The notes beneath the pieces are model-generated. The model made no database searches. It was not told where the DNA came from and saw only the letters and a program-made list of their open reading frames with translations. Below, in pieces: positions 13,360-26,834 of a stretch of 64,000 nucleotides of DNA. Source of the DNA: Eledone cirrhosa. Its lineage: Eukaryota. The stretch covers positions 92,566,001 to 92,630,000 of the forward strand of contig OZ024747.1 in NCBI GenBank assembly GCA_964016885.1. The letters are read 5' to 3'. The position numbers were made by a program, and so were the translations under genes. The stretch's first letter is position 1. Every line of letters begins with the position of its first letter.

Positions 13360-14120
13360 ATACATGTCCCAACGACTTTCTTTAGCCGTTGCTCGCACCA
13401 ACCGGAGGTATATGGTCTTTAAAGCGAAGAAATACCGATGATGGTTGGAAGATCACTGATGAAGGACCACTTTATTCATATGTAACCCATTTGCAACCCC
13501 GCAGCACGTTTATTCTCATATTTACACATATTTTTTTCTCCCGCTGTGACCCGTCTATTTCGTTCTTACTGCTTCCTCTTTCTCTGTATCTTTACTCTCT
13601 CTAACAGTCACTCTCTCTGTTAGCCTCTTCCTCACCCTTCACTCACTCACTCTCTGTTACTACCTCTCCTCCCCCTCCTTCTTCCCGTTTGACCTGTGCG
13701 TAATTCTTTTCTTTCGCATGCTTGGCCAGGCCGGTCGGCATTTTTTCTCTCTCTCGTCTACGATTTCACAGAACTTATGTTTACCAAATTCACAGACAAG
13801 ACCCCTTCTTCCTCCCGTTAGACCTGTGCGAAATTCCTTCCTTGCTCACATTTCAACCAGGTTTGATGGTCTTTATTCTCTCTCGTTCACGATTTCACCG
13901 AACTTATATTCATGGAAATTTTTGGACTTGACTCGCTCTTCCTCACTTTTCGTTGCTTCACCATCTTTGTTTGTTTACACTCTCGCTGTTCCCTTTATTT
14001 ACATGTCCCAACGACTTTCTTTAGCCGTTGCTCGCACCAACCGGAGGTATATGGTCTTTAAAGCGAAGAAATACCGATGATGGTTGGAAGATCACTGATG
14101 AAGGACCACTTTATTCATAT
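13360..14120 (+). repeat. Two copies (13360-13480, 14000-14120) of family E element segment
   Basis: Near-identical ~120 bp containing CACTGATGAAGGACC; homologous to the 24180-24790 fold-back. Confidence 0.8.
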
Positions 14121-15516
14121 ATATATATATATATATATGACCCCCAGCAGAGAACTGTTGAAGGAAAATTTTCTTCCGTTCTTGCTTTCCTCTTATTTAT
14201 AAGTACACCTTAGCCAGCAACTACGCATCCCCTGTTCCTTCTTAAATTTTGATCAAGTTTCGCTGTGACCTATCCTCTCTTTCTCCCTATCTATTTTGTT
14301 GTTATCAACTCTTCCCCCTCTTTCTTCCTCTCCCTTCCTCTCTCTCACTTTCACCCTCCCTCTCTCTGCTAGCCACCTCCCTGTTTCTCTCACCTCTAAC
14401 CGTTTCTTTCTCACTTACTCTTGCGGAGGTCAGACGTTTTTTTTCTCGTCCCCACCAATCTTAAACTTAAGTTCAGTAATTGATGTTGACTTTAAATTTT
14501 TCTCTCTCTTCGAGTTGCTCGAACACATGTGGTTCGGGTTTCCCTCTTCGGTTTGTTGTTTCCAGCTTTTTATTTTTCCTGTTTCTTCCCTTTTCCCTTC
14601 TGTTACTATTTTTTTCTCTCTTCCCTTTTTCCCCCAATAACTTCCTTGAGTTATTGACGCACTGGGGTAAGATATATAACGGAATACTCTTATATTTTAC
14701 CGGCGAAGATTCGAAACCGAATCTGAGCTTTCCCGCCTCTGGGACACTCAATCGTTGGAAGTTCTCGCCTTTGTCCTGTCAACGATGATGGATGACATTC
14801 CATTTGACATGTGACCCCAACCCCTTGGGAGATGCTAACCATAGGTCAGATCATATATCCATCCTTCTAACTTTAACGATATTATAAATAAAAGGACTGA
14901 GGGAACAAGAGGGGGAGAATCGAAGCAGCAGCCAAGAAGATAACTATGTAGAGTCAGTAGACCTTTCACCCTATTTTTCTCCTGGCCCTTACTGGCTTAC
15001 CTTCTCAGCCAGACAACCAGTCATGCCTGCCTGACAGATTGACCATTACTACTATGAGGATAAGATAAACTAAGAATAGGCACACACACACGCATAGTAA
15101 ATTCATATTGTTATATTATACTCTCATCCTATTCTACCTGTAATATTGTATCTTTAAGACACAACACAATTCATACTATATAGTCTTCTCTGATACATGG
15201 ATTCACGTTGGCTTGTACAGCCAACAATTTAATGTAGCGACGGTTCATGTCATAAGTTTTATTACTCGATGTTCAAATCGAATATTGATATTATAAAATA
15301 AACATTGTTAACAACTCAATCACGGCATTATTCTTTTCATCCAAACACTCATCAAATCAACAATACAACTTATCCGTTACAGATATATTGTCTTTAATGC
15401 ATTGAAATATCCATGACCCCCGGCAGACAACTGATGAAGGAACATTTTCTCCCGTTCTTGCTTTCCTCTTATTTATAAGTACATCTTATCCAGCAACTAT
15501 ACAGCCCCTGTTCCTT

Positions 15517-15586
<70 letters not shown>

Positions 15587-15659
15587 TACAGTAAATATTG
15601 ATGCAATTCAATTCAAGCACTCAACGTACCTTTTCCACATAGGAATGATGGAGTATATT

Positions 15660-16055
15660 TAGTATAAGAAAATGCGAAGTAGTTTCAGATGTTAAAGTCG
15701 TTTATTGATAAGGCTGTGATACATATTTAAATGGTGACAGTGGCCACGCGATTCCGAGTACCCAGTGTCATGATCTCATCAGACAGCTTCTTACACAATA
15801 AGGTTACGTTCTCGAGGCAATTCGTTTGTGCCAAGAGAATGGGCGAAGGTTTCAAGAACATCATCTTTGTCCTTTTCCTTGTCGTTTTAATTTGGATTGT
15901 TTCGAGAACGTAACCTTATTATGTAAGAAGCTGTCTGATGAGATCAAGGCACTGGGTACTCGGAATCACGTGGCCACTGTCGTCAATGAAATATGTATCA
16001 CAGCCTTATCAATGAAGGACTTTCACTTCTGAAACTACTTCGCACGTTCTTATTA
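15660..16055. mobile_element. Diverged fold-back element
   Basis: Arms ~15672-15822 and ~15895-16045 are reverse complements; contains CTGATGA at ~15935. Confidence 0.75.
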
Positions 16056-16165
16056 TATATATAAGTATATATATATATATATATTTTCGATTTCATCTTT
16101 TTTTCTTTATACTTTCACTCGTGTAGGACACCTCGGTTATTTTTCCTTTTGTAAAAAAACCTCAC

Positions 16166-16256
<91 letters not shown>

Positions 16257-16380
16257 CATACATATATATATGCGCCTATATATATGTGCGTGTGAGTGTG
16301 TGTGTAAATTTTATATATATATATATATATAAAATTTACACACACTCACACGCACATATATATAGACGCATATATATATG

Positions 16381-16509
<129 letters not shown>

Positions 16510-16799
16510 TAGACAGATAGATAGATAGATAGACAGATAGACAGACAGATAGATATATAGATAGAGAGATAGATGGATATATAGACAGGTAGATCTATAG
16601 ATAGATAGATAGATAGAGAAATGGAAAATATGTGCATTGAGTCATAATGAAATATCTAGGCCAAAATATTTTCTAAATTTGTTGGACTGGATTGAAATGT
16701 AAGAAAAGTTGCTCCTTGAATCCACAGAAATAAATCCTTCATTGTTTAAAAATACATATCACTACTACCTCTACTGCTGCTGTGTCGGTTGTAGTAGGA

Positions 16800-17845
16800 T
16801 GGTGGTGGTGGTGGTGGTGGGGTAGTGGTGGTGGTGGTGGTGGTGAGGGTGGTGGGTGGGTGGTAGTTCTGGTGAGGGTGTGGTGGGTGGGGGTATTGTG
16901 GTGGTAGTGGTGGTGAGTGTGTGTGTGGGGGGGTATTGGTGGTGGGGGGGGGGGGGTCAGTGGGGGGGGGGGGGGGGTAGTGGTGGTGGGTTAGTGGTGG
17001 TGGTGGTGGTGGTAGGTGGTGGGAGTGGGGTGTAGTGGTTGTGGTGGTGATGATAGTAGTGGTGGTAGTGGTGGTGAGGGTGGTGGTGGTGAGTAGTGGT
17101 TGGGGTGGTGATGATAGTAGTGGTGGTGAGGGTGTGGGGTAGTGGTGGTGATGGTGGTGGGGATGGTAGGGGGGAGTAGTGGTTGTGGTGGTGATGATAG
17201 TAGTGGTGGTATTGATGGTGATAGTAGTGGTGGTGGTGGTGGGTGATAGCGGTGGTGCTGATTGTGGGGGTGGTGCTGGTGGTGGTGAGGTGGGAGTATA
17301 AGTGGTGTTGGTGGTGGCGGAGGTTTGGTAATCGTGTAGCTGTGGCGGTGGCGGTAGCGGTGGCGATGAGGTGGTGGTGGTGGTGAGGTGGGAGTATAAG
17401 TGGTGTTGGTGGTGGCGGACGTGTGGGTAGTCGTGTAGCTGTGGCGGTGGCGGTAGTGGTGGCGATGAGGTGGTGGTGGTGGTGAGGTGGGAGTATAAGT
17501 GGTGTTGGTGGTGGCGGACGTGTGGGTAGTCGTGTAGCTGTGGCGGTGGCGGTGGCGGTAGTGGTGGCGATGAGGTGGCGGTGGTGGTGGTGGTGAGGTG
17601 GCGGTAGTGGTGGCGATGAGGCGGTGGTGGTGGTGGTGGTGAGGTGGTGGTAGTGGTGGCGATGAGGTGGAGGTGGTGGTGGTGGTGAGGTGGCGGTAGT
17701 GGTGGCGATGAGGCGGTGGTGGTGGTGGTGGTGAGGTGGCGGTAGTGGTGGCGATGAGGTGGCGGTGGTGGTGGTGGTGAGGTGGCGGTAGTGGTGGCGA
17801 TGAGGTGGCGGTGGTGGTGGTGGTGGCGGAGGTAGTCACAGTGGT
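16800..17845. repeat. (GGT/GGC)n G-rich low-complexity tract with ~99-bp sub-repeats
   Basis: GGT runs; GAGTATAAG recurs at ~17294, 17392, 17491. Confidence 0.9.
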
Positions 17846-18124
17846 AATATTATCTATAATGATAAACATCAAGATTGCATCAAAAAGTTGGAAAGTTAAT
17901 AGCTTCCCCCCCCCCCTCACATTGTATCCCCCCCCCCCTTACCATCTCAATGGTTCTAGCAACGTATATGTTTAATAAATATGCATGTGCGTGCGTGTGT
18001 GTGTGTGTGTGTGTGTGTGCGTGTGTGTGTGCGTGTGTGTGTCTCTGTGTGTGTCAGTGTGTCTGTGTAATACATATATAACATATATAAGTATGCATGT
18101 ATGTCTGTGTGTATATGTAGCATT

Positions 18125-18231
<107 letters not shown>

Positions 18232-18340
18232 TATAAAGGCAGACATACAGACATATATCATATATAATATACACACACACACAAACAGATACACACAGAC
18301 ACACACACACACATATATATATGTATATATATATATGTAT

Positions 18341-18420
<80 letters not shown>

Positions 18421-18658
18421 GAGTGTATGTGTGTATGTGTATATATGTATGTATGTGTGTGTATATATATATAAATATGTGTGTGTGTGTGTCTGTGTCT
18501 TTGTATGCGTGTATGTATGTATGTATGTATGTATGTATGTATGTATGTATGTATGTATGTATGTCACACTTGTTTAGCGCATCGGTAGGGGTTCTCCTAC
18601 ATGGATATAAAGTATTGGCCGTACTCGAAAACGAGTTGGCAGCCACCATGTATGTATG

Positions 18659-18696
<38 letters not shown>

Positions 18697-21600
18697 GGGA
18701 GGGCCATCTTGTCCCAATATTGCCAAAATATAGTAAAACACACTCACTGTTTGGTTTGGTTTTCACTTCAGTATATTTTCATACTTTTATAAATAATTTA
18801 GCTGACAAACAATGTTTATCATTGATTGACCAACTGCTAAATATATCTCTGAGTGTGTTTTACAATTTTCGAGCAATACTGGGACAACATGACCCTCCAC
18901 AAATATAACAATAACTATTTCAATACAGCTTCTTAAGCTGTTAGGGCCTCATATCTCACTGAATGTATTCTATTTTAGACATGATCTCTACGAATGGGCA
19001 CCCAGTCTAGCACTGTAACGAGACAGGACAGTACTATTTTATCGCCGTGGCGTAATTTGGTCGTGCTTGCTCAGTCGCCAGCCCTGTGGGGTTGGTGACG
19101 TATGAATACAAATGACCATTTCCGTCCAGCCGTAGAAGGCCCCTTTTTTAAAAACTAGCTAGAGTTGTGTATTCGATGCTGGTAGTGCAACATTTCTTAA
19201 CTAGCTTTCCCACTGTTTTTGATTTTTCTCTCTAACATTGAGAAGTAGTTCGTTAGACGACCTTTCAGGGATTTGCCATTTATCCGTCGGCTTTGTTTTA
19301 CCAAATATTCCAATCCCTGACAATAAGTAAGGATAAATTAAAGCCTGTCTCACTGCATTTTTGGCTTACTAGAAAAAAAAAAAGAAGAAAAACATTCATT
19401 TCACTGGCATCTTGACACAGAAAACTTGGCTGCATACATATTGTAACGTGTTCAAATTAATCAAAGGAATAAATTATTTTTGTATAAAAAAAACTACGCC
19501 TTCTGATCCATATTTTTTTAACCATTGGATCACTTCTTATACATTTCCATCTTCCTAAAAGGCGATAACGACTACTAAAGCACCAACAACTTTACAATCT
19601 ACATTGAGTGTATTTTATCGTGACATTAACTCTAAAGATGCTGTTATTGTCTTTGGCGTGACTGAGCTCTATCTACGCTATGTTGCTACCTTTTCTCTTG
19701 AACTAACGACTGAAAATATTTTTTTCTCTCCATTTCCTCTTAGCATCGTTTGCCCTCACTGCACAAAATATATATTAAAAGTTTGGCCGATTTGATTCTC
19801 GTAGACGTTTCTGTCACCAGGGATAATTTACCCGTTTCTAAATATACTACAAAAATTGTGATAAAATATTTCAATGTTTTGCAAACATTGTAATATTTTT
19901 GTAAATATATATCATAATTTTAAATTGAATAGCTATCAGGTGGAGTTATTATATTAGACATGGCCTGGGCCTATACTGGCCGAAACCTATCTAAGTTATT
20001 ATCATTAAATCTTAAAATTCTGTAATGATTTAGCAGAAAATATCGTTAAACAAATGTGCTAATTAAAACGTTTGCAATATTTTTGTTAGTGGACGGATCA
20101 TCGCGAAAATTTGCGACATTAGAAGGGTCAAAAAGTAAATTTTTAATGTGATGTCATCATAGTGCTGTTTTATACTTATAAAGAATGTATTGCTACTATG
20201 GTTTCAAGTGCCACGGGATATTAAAGATTAAACCATTCAATTGAGTAGTAAAAATGTTATAAGTAAAACAAAAACTGTCATTATTAACAGCATTTTCTAC
20301 TATGAATATATCTACTAATTTGATCCACCATTTTCAGCAGTTGACTTGCACTTTAACATTTACAAATTATTGTTGCGTGTCAGTAAAATATTGGTTTCAT
20401 CCACTGTTTCATCCACTGTTTCATCCACTGTTTTGATGTTATAACATTCACTAGAAATATTAAAACAGTTCTGATGGTTTTAATGAAAGGGGTACAAAAA
20501 TGTATATATATAAACATATTAAACTACCTGGTCTGGCTTATATCCACCCAAATTGAGATTTAGCTTAAGTTTAATATGTCTCATTACTTCTCTGAGTTGG
20601 ATAGTTTAACTGTATATTTTATCCTTTCATTGAGATGACTAAGTATCAGAGAGAAATAACATTTCTATATTAAATATTATATATATATATATATATACTA
20701 GCATTAAAGCCCGGAGTTGCTCGGGATCAGTAAGTTACCAAAGTTAGGTTGCACCACCCATTTTATGGCAGCACGTTTTTGTCTGCCAGGCACTGGGTGA
20801 ATGAATTGCAGACCTGGACTGCCGAAGCAGAAGCTGCACCAGTGGTGACAATTGAAATTTCGCCTATGGATATTATCTCTGTGCAAAGAAGTGTTGAAAT
20901 TTATTGTTTCACAATACTTGCGCAACACGCGCGTAGATGATGCCAGCCGAACAACAGAGCTGCGATGGAGTTGTTCTGCATAGTTGTCTAATGTGTGTTT
21001 TCTAAATTTAAGACAGTAGGGAGGGGTGTGATATGGGGGAGAGTTAGCTGCTGTTATAGCAGGTTTAGTGACCTCATAGAGGATATGTTTTCTAAATTTA
21101 AGACAGTAGGGAGGGGTGTGATATGGGTGAGAGTTAGCTGCTGTTTCTAGCAAGTTTAGTGACCTCATAGAGGATATTATTGTGTATAGTAAATGAACTG
21201 ATACTTCTTTCTTCCACGTTCGTTGATAGATGTTTTAAAAAAGATTTATCGCTATTTTTTTTGTTGTTGAATAAATTTATCTGTTGCTTTTGAATAATTG
21301 TTGTTTCGTATGAAATGTAATAAGTTCTCTTTGTCATTGATGTAAATAAATGTTTGACCGTTACACACTCAAAAACAAACGTTCCCTCTCTCTCTCTCCC
21401 TCTCACTCTCTCCCTCGCTCTCTTAAAGTTTGTAAGTTTAATCGTATATAAGAGAAAGTTGCAGCATGTATGTAGTTTTATCGAATTTTAAGGGGAGTAG
21501 AGAGAGGGTATCACATTGTATTAGAGGGTTAAAGCGTCATGTATTTAGTTTTATCGATTATTTCCGTAATTGTGGGTGAGTGTGAATGAAATAAATAGTC

Positions 21601-21857
21601 GTTGACCTAAGTTACACCATTTACAACATTCTTACAGACTTTGAGTCGAATCGGTTTGAAATTGTGCAAATGTATAAACATGGAACATGTCCACACACAC
21701 ACAACAACAATCTGCCTTTTATAGATAATGATGACATATATATGTGTGTGTGTATTTTCTTCGGTTCATTTTCATCGTCACAGCTCGAACAAGTTGGTCC
21801 TCAGGGCTAACGAAACGCACGTACCTCGTATGGGACCCTTGTAGCAACTGGCCTTAA

Positions 21858-21928
<71 letters not shown>

Positions 21929-22125
21929 ATAAAGAATGAAAATCACATAACTCATTGCGGAGTCGTAGAGGCATCATCATACGGCGTGTCAAGGGCACTT
22001 TTAAATTGGCAGAGCCTAACACTCTCCAGGCCTGAACACAGCCGATTTTTACTATAGAGGCAGAATAGACTGCAGTACTGGACTGGTACTTTCTTTATCG
22101 GCCTCGAACCTTTTTTATTCGCCGC

Positions 22126-22187
<62 letters not shown>

Positions 22188-22316
22188 AAAGTTCTATTTA
22201 AATTGTTGGGATACAACAAGCAAATATTTTTATAACTGATATAAAGCACTCGACAAGTATTTGGAGTAGATATACGATATTAACAAATGGAAACTATATT
22301 TATAAAAACCATATTT

Positions 22317-22379
22317 ATTTCATTATACATATTTCAAGGATACCAAGTTAAATCATGGTATGCCTTCATCAGACAAAAT
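22317..22379 (-). ncRNA. Type-I hammerhead ribozyme, family A
   Basis: ATTTTGT-CTGATGA-AGGCATACCA..TGGTATCCTT-GAAA-T ATGT ATA-ATGAAAT. Confidence 0.78.
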
Positions 22380-22518
22380 ACAATATATACCAGTTTTATA
22401 AATAAACATTGACGTACCCTTTCAAAATGCGACCATTACTTTTGGACGACATCCAAAAGTAATGGTCGCATTTTGAAAGGGTACGTCAATGTTTATTTAT
22501 AAAACTGGTATATATTGT

Positions 22519-22581
22519 ATTTTGTCTGATGAAGGCATACCACAATTTAACTTGGTATCCTTGAAATATGTATAATGAAAT
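22519..22581 (+). ncRNA. Type-I hammerhead ribozyme, family A
   Basis: Same motif on the right arm, CTGATGA 22526-22532, GAAA 22563-22566. Confidence 0.78.
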
Positions 22582-22621
22582 AAATATGGTTTTATAAATA
22601 TAGTTTCCATTTGTTAATATC

Positions 22622-22671
<50 letters not shown>

Positions 22672-22999
22672 GGGGGCGGGGGGAAATAAGATTCTTAGAT
22701 GATTATTTTGATTGATTTAATTTTTAAATCCTCGAAAATACTTGTCATTAAATATGCCATGTTTATAAATTATTTCATCTCATCCCTGGATAAAATAAAG
22801 CACCAGTAATGTACTGGGGTCGATTTAATCGACTTTCCCCTTCCTCCAAATTAGTGGCCTTTTGCCTATACTAGAAATCATTATGTATGTGTGAAATTGT
22901 TTGTATATTAATATGATTTTTTTTTCTTGTATATGAATGTATTTCCAGAATCTATGACTGTCGGTTTCATCTTGCGATTCTTCAGGCCAATTATTTTTT

Positions 23000-23660
23000 A
23001 GATAAAAATTGGGTTTTTATTTTAAGTATAATGAGTGATGGTTCCAATGGAGAGAGCTAATCATTGGTCCATGAGGAGGGTCTGTTGGAAATATAGAGAC
23101 ATGAGTTGTTGATATAGTAGAACAGTCATGAACAAACTGCGGCCCGTTTGGCTTTCTGAATGACACGCTTAATTTCAAAGTTACATTGAATTTCTTATTA
23201 GTATTGCCCGCCTTATGATGAGACACATCCGATGCCGCCCAAGCCCGAAAAAGGTTGCCCGTGCCTGTAGAAGGAATATAGTTTGGTGGATGGATAATTG
23301 CACAGGTTATGTAGGGCAAGTGAGTACCAATGGAGTCTGGGTACTTTGGAGGAGTTGTTGGGCAAATATTTGAATAAACACATGTTTGAGTAAACAATGG
23401 ATATGGTCAAGTAAAGAGATTTAAAGCTGGTTAGTTAGGTAGTGTTGGCATAGCACATTACGAGGTGGGTAATCATTGATTCAGCAACTGGCTTAGCACT
23501 TGGTGGACATATGGTGGATGCCAAGAGAACTAAAAGTAAATACATAAGGCTGATGAGGAGTTCTATCGAACGGTATTCACTTGTCTGGTCTAAGTATAAT
23601 TCAAACGTAAGGCTACTTCGACAAGACATCATCATAGTTTCTGAATGAGCGCTATTTGAA
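23000..23660 (-). pseudogene. Possible decayed Penelope-like RT C-terminal/linker region
   Basis: Frameshifted minus-strand fragments in the expected order: QVNTVR, ASTICP, NDYPP, HLPYI (cf. RA..IC / NGYP / LPY). Confidence 0.3.
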
Positions 23661-23668
23661 TACACACA

Positions 23669-23712
<44 letters not shown>

Positions 23713-23838
23713 GTAGGAGGTGAGTTTTATTGTAGTACAATAAAGCAATGCAGATATCGGATAAGTAGCACTCTACAGTTTGTAGGACTGGAGTATAAAT
23801 AATATATAAGATCAAAAGATGGTTAAAAGAGTTCCATG

Positions 23839-23909
23839 TATTTTACTATGCGCATTTCAAAAACAAATATCATCATGCGATGACATTTGCGTTTTCATCA
23901 GATAAAATA
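23839..23909 (-). ncRNA. Type-I hammerhead ribozyme, family D (element 23711-23953)
   Basis: TATTTTAT-CTGATGA-helix II-GAAA-T GCGC ATA-GTAAAATA; substitutions keep pairing through G-U. Confidence 0.85.
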
Positions 23910-23951
23910 GGGAGACATGATATGAAGGTTAAAAAACACTTGTGAATAGTG

Positions 23952-24013
<62 letters not shown>

Positions 24014-24179
24014 TTTGTTAAGGATGAAAAGTGAGTCTTGTAGCGTTGGAGTATTATAGCCAGATCTCAGTAATTAGTATCCATTACCAATTATCGATTT
24101 TGGCAATAAGCATCTTAAGACCATGACGTCCTTCATCAGTACGGTGTGTATATATATAATATGTATATATATATATAAC

Positions 24180-24783
24180 AAAAATGGAGTGCTGCGTGGT
24201 TGCACATGGGTTACATATGAATAAAATTAGTCCTTCATCAGTGATCTTCCAACCTTCATTGGTATTTCATCGCTTTAAAAATCATATACCTCTGGTTGGT
24301 GCGAGCAATAACTAAATAAAGTTATTGGGACAAGTAAAATAGGGTGAAGTGAGCGAGACATTGTTTGTTTACATGTCTCGCTCACTTCACCCTATTTTAC
24401 TTGTCCCAATAACTTTATTTAGTTATTGCTCGCACCAACCAGAGGTATATGATTTTTAAAGCGCTGAAATACCAATGAAGGTTGGAAGATCACTGATGAA
24501 GGATTAATTTTATTCATATATATATATATATATATAAATAATAAATAATAATAAATGTATATATATAACAAACATGAGAAGAAAGAAGAATACTGCGTGG
24601 TTTGCACATGGGTTACATATGATAAAAATAGTCCTTCGTCAGTGATTTTCCAACCATCATTGGTATTTCATCGCTTTAAAAATCAGATACCTCTGGTTGG
24701 TGCGAGCAATAACTAAATAAAGTTATTGGGAACAGAATTCGCGTAAGGCGAGTGGGACAAGTAAACAACATAGAAGGATAAAA

Positions 24784-24790
<7 letters not shown>
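24180..24790. mobile_element. Family E fold-back plus an extra inverted copy
   Basis: Palindrome centred at ~24365 (arms ~24215-24361 and ~24372-24518); third copy 24590-24735 on the minus strand. Confidence 0.8.
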
Positions 24791-24849
<59 letters not shown>

Positions 24850-25149
24850 ATATAGATGTATATATGTATTTATATATATATGTGTGTGTATTTTTATATA
24901 TATTTATGTATTTATATATATATGTATGTATTTATATATACATATGTATTTATATATATATATGTATGTATTTATAAATATATACGTATATATATATATA
25001 TATTTACAGAATATTTATGTATCGAGAGAGAGAAGGAGGTATAGATGATACATGTAGTTATTTGCCAAATACCGTATGCTGAGGGTGCTCAATACTAGTG
25101 CCAGCAGTGTTAAATATTAGAAGTGTTAATATCTAGTGGGCAAGAGAAT

Positions 25150-25475
25150 TAGCAGAGCGTAAAAGATGTTTATTTAAAATAGCACCTACGTACGTTTCGC
25201 CCGAATGGGCTTCTCAAGGGCATAAATAACTAAACAGCGTTCCTTACATGACCCGGAATGGGTTTTTAGGGATAAGTTCACGTCAGAGTTCATTATTCGT
25301 AAAAAAACATGTTTTGATTTTGCAGTAGGTCCCTGACGTGAACTTATCCCTAAAAACCCATTCATTCCGGGTCATGTGAAGGAACGCTTTTTAGTTATTT
25401 ATGCCCTTGAGAAGCCCATTCGAGCGAAACGTACGTAGGTCCTATTTAAAATAAACATGTTTTAACGGTCTGTTC
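25150..25475. mobile_element. Fold-back element, family H, with a hammerhead on each arm
   Basis: Arms ~25150-25286 and ~25333-25472 are reverse complements. Confidence 0.8.
25182..25222 (-). ncRNA. Minimal hammerhead, U3-A8 variant
   Basis: GCCC-TTGAGAA-GCCC ATTC GGGC-GAAAC GTAC GTA-GGTGC; sense copy at 25403-25440. Confidence 0.75.
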
Positions 25476-25584
25476 TCCTGTATTTACTTGTACACGTATA
25501 TATTTATATATATATTTATATATATATATATCATCATCATCATCTTCGTTTAACGTCCATTTTCCACGCTAGCATGGGTTAGAC

Positions 25585-25621
<37 letters not shown>

Positions 25622-25668
25622 ATATATATATATATATATTTGTATATATATATATATATGTATATATT

Positions 25669-25778
<110 letters not shown>

Positions 25779-25791
25779 ATATATATATATT

Positions 25792-25838
<47 letters not shown>

Positions 25839-26834
25839 TTCAAGAGTAACCAATCTTAAAAAGAGAGATGGAGATAGGAGAGGAGATATGAGAGGAGAGA
25901 TTGGTGAATTAGTTAGAAGCCAAATCGTAAAGGCATGTGCTCAATGTGCAATATGCAGTAGAAAGCAGCTAGGTGGCTGGGTTCATGCAGAAATTAGGTG
26001 CGCAGAGCTGGAAATATTCATTAGTTAAGCAAAACAAGCCCACAAATTTCACAAGGAAGACATTATTAAAAGATTGTCAACATTACCGTATATGATAGTA
26101 TGGAAGACCCAGGGACATATATAATACTTCCTTCAATATCGTGCTGGAAATATTAACAAAAACAATTAGTTTTTTTACAAATACCAATGCTTTCAAAACT
26201 GATGCTTTGACATTGATGTCACGGTGCATTTAATAATATCTAATAGATGTTGTTTTCTATAAAACAACAATAAAAACTGTTACACTCTTTATATGTCTAT
26301 TTAATTCTAATTTTCTTTATGACAATTTTACTATGTTAATTTCTGTACGTTGCAATGGACAGGAAGAGAAGGGGGAGGGGGTGAAGTTAGGACACAGAAA
26401 TACTAGCAATTAAGTAGATTGAAAATACACGCCACATTTTCATGCACAACGATATTTTATTAATTTTTCGTTTTTCCTTTCTGTAAAAGACAAAAGTTTC
26501 ATTATAACGTTTTTTTTGTTTGCTTTTTTTTTTTTTTTTTCAAATTCGGAATATTAATTGTCCTTCCCGGGGCTGTACAAATGCGAATACAGCTTGATTA
26601 AATTAAATATAAAGACAAACAAGTTTTAAGGCAACAAGGTTCCTGAATTTTCCTTTTTAAAAAGCAGTCTTTTGTCATGTCATGTCTAATAGTCGCGTCT
26701 ACGGATCTCTCGAAGGGTGTGACAAATCAATGTTTAGGGCTAGATTACAGACCGGCGTATCGATGGTGCCCTGAACCTCTTAACTGATAAAGCACACACA
26801 TGCACACACACACACACAAACACAGACACACAAG

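Larger units (their letters stand above)
22166..22625. mobile_element. Family A fold-back element
   Basis: Near-perfect palindrome ~22275-22622 centred at ~22448, flanked by (TA)n. Confidence 0.85.

Noticed and set aside
16991-17920. 309-aa Pro/His/Thr-rich ORF
   Set aside because: Translation of an (ACC)n tract; low complexity with no splice or domain support
20996-21177. 90-bp tandem duplication as a regulatory repeat
   Set aside because: Looks like a local duplication of a repeat fragment; no functional evidence
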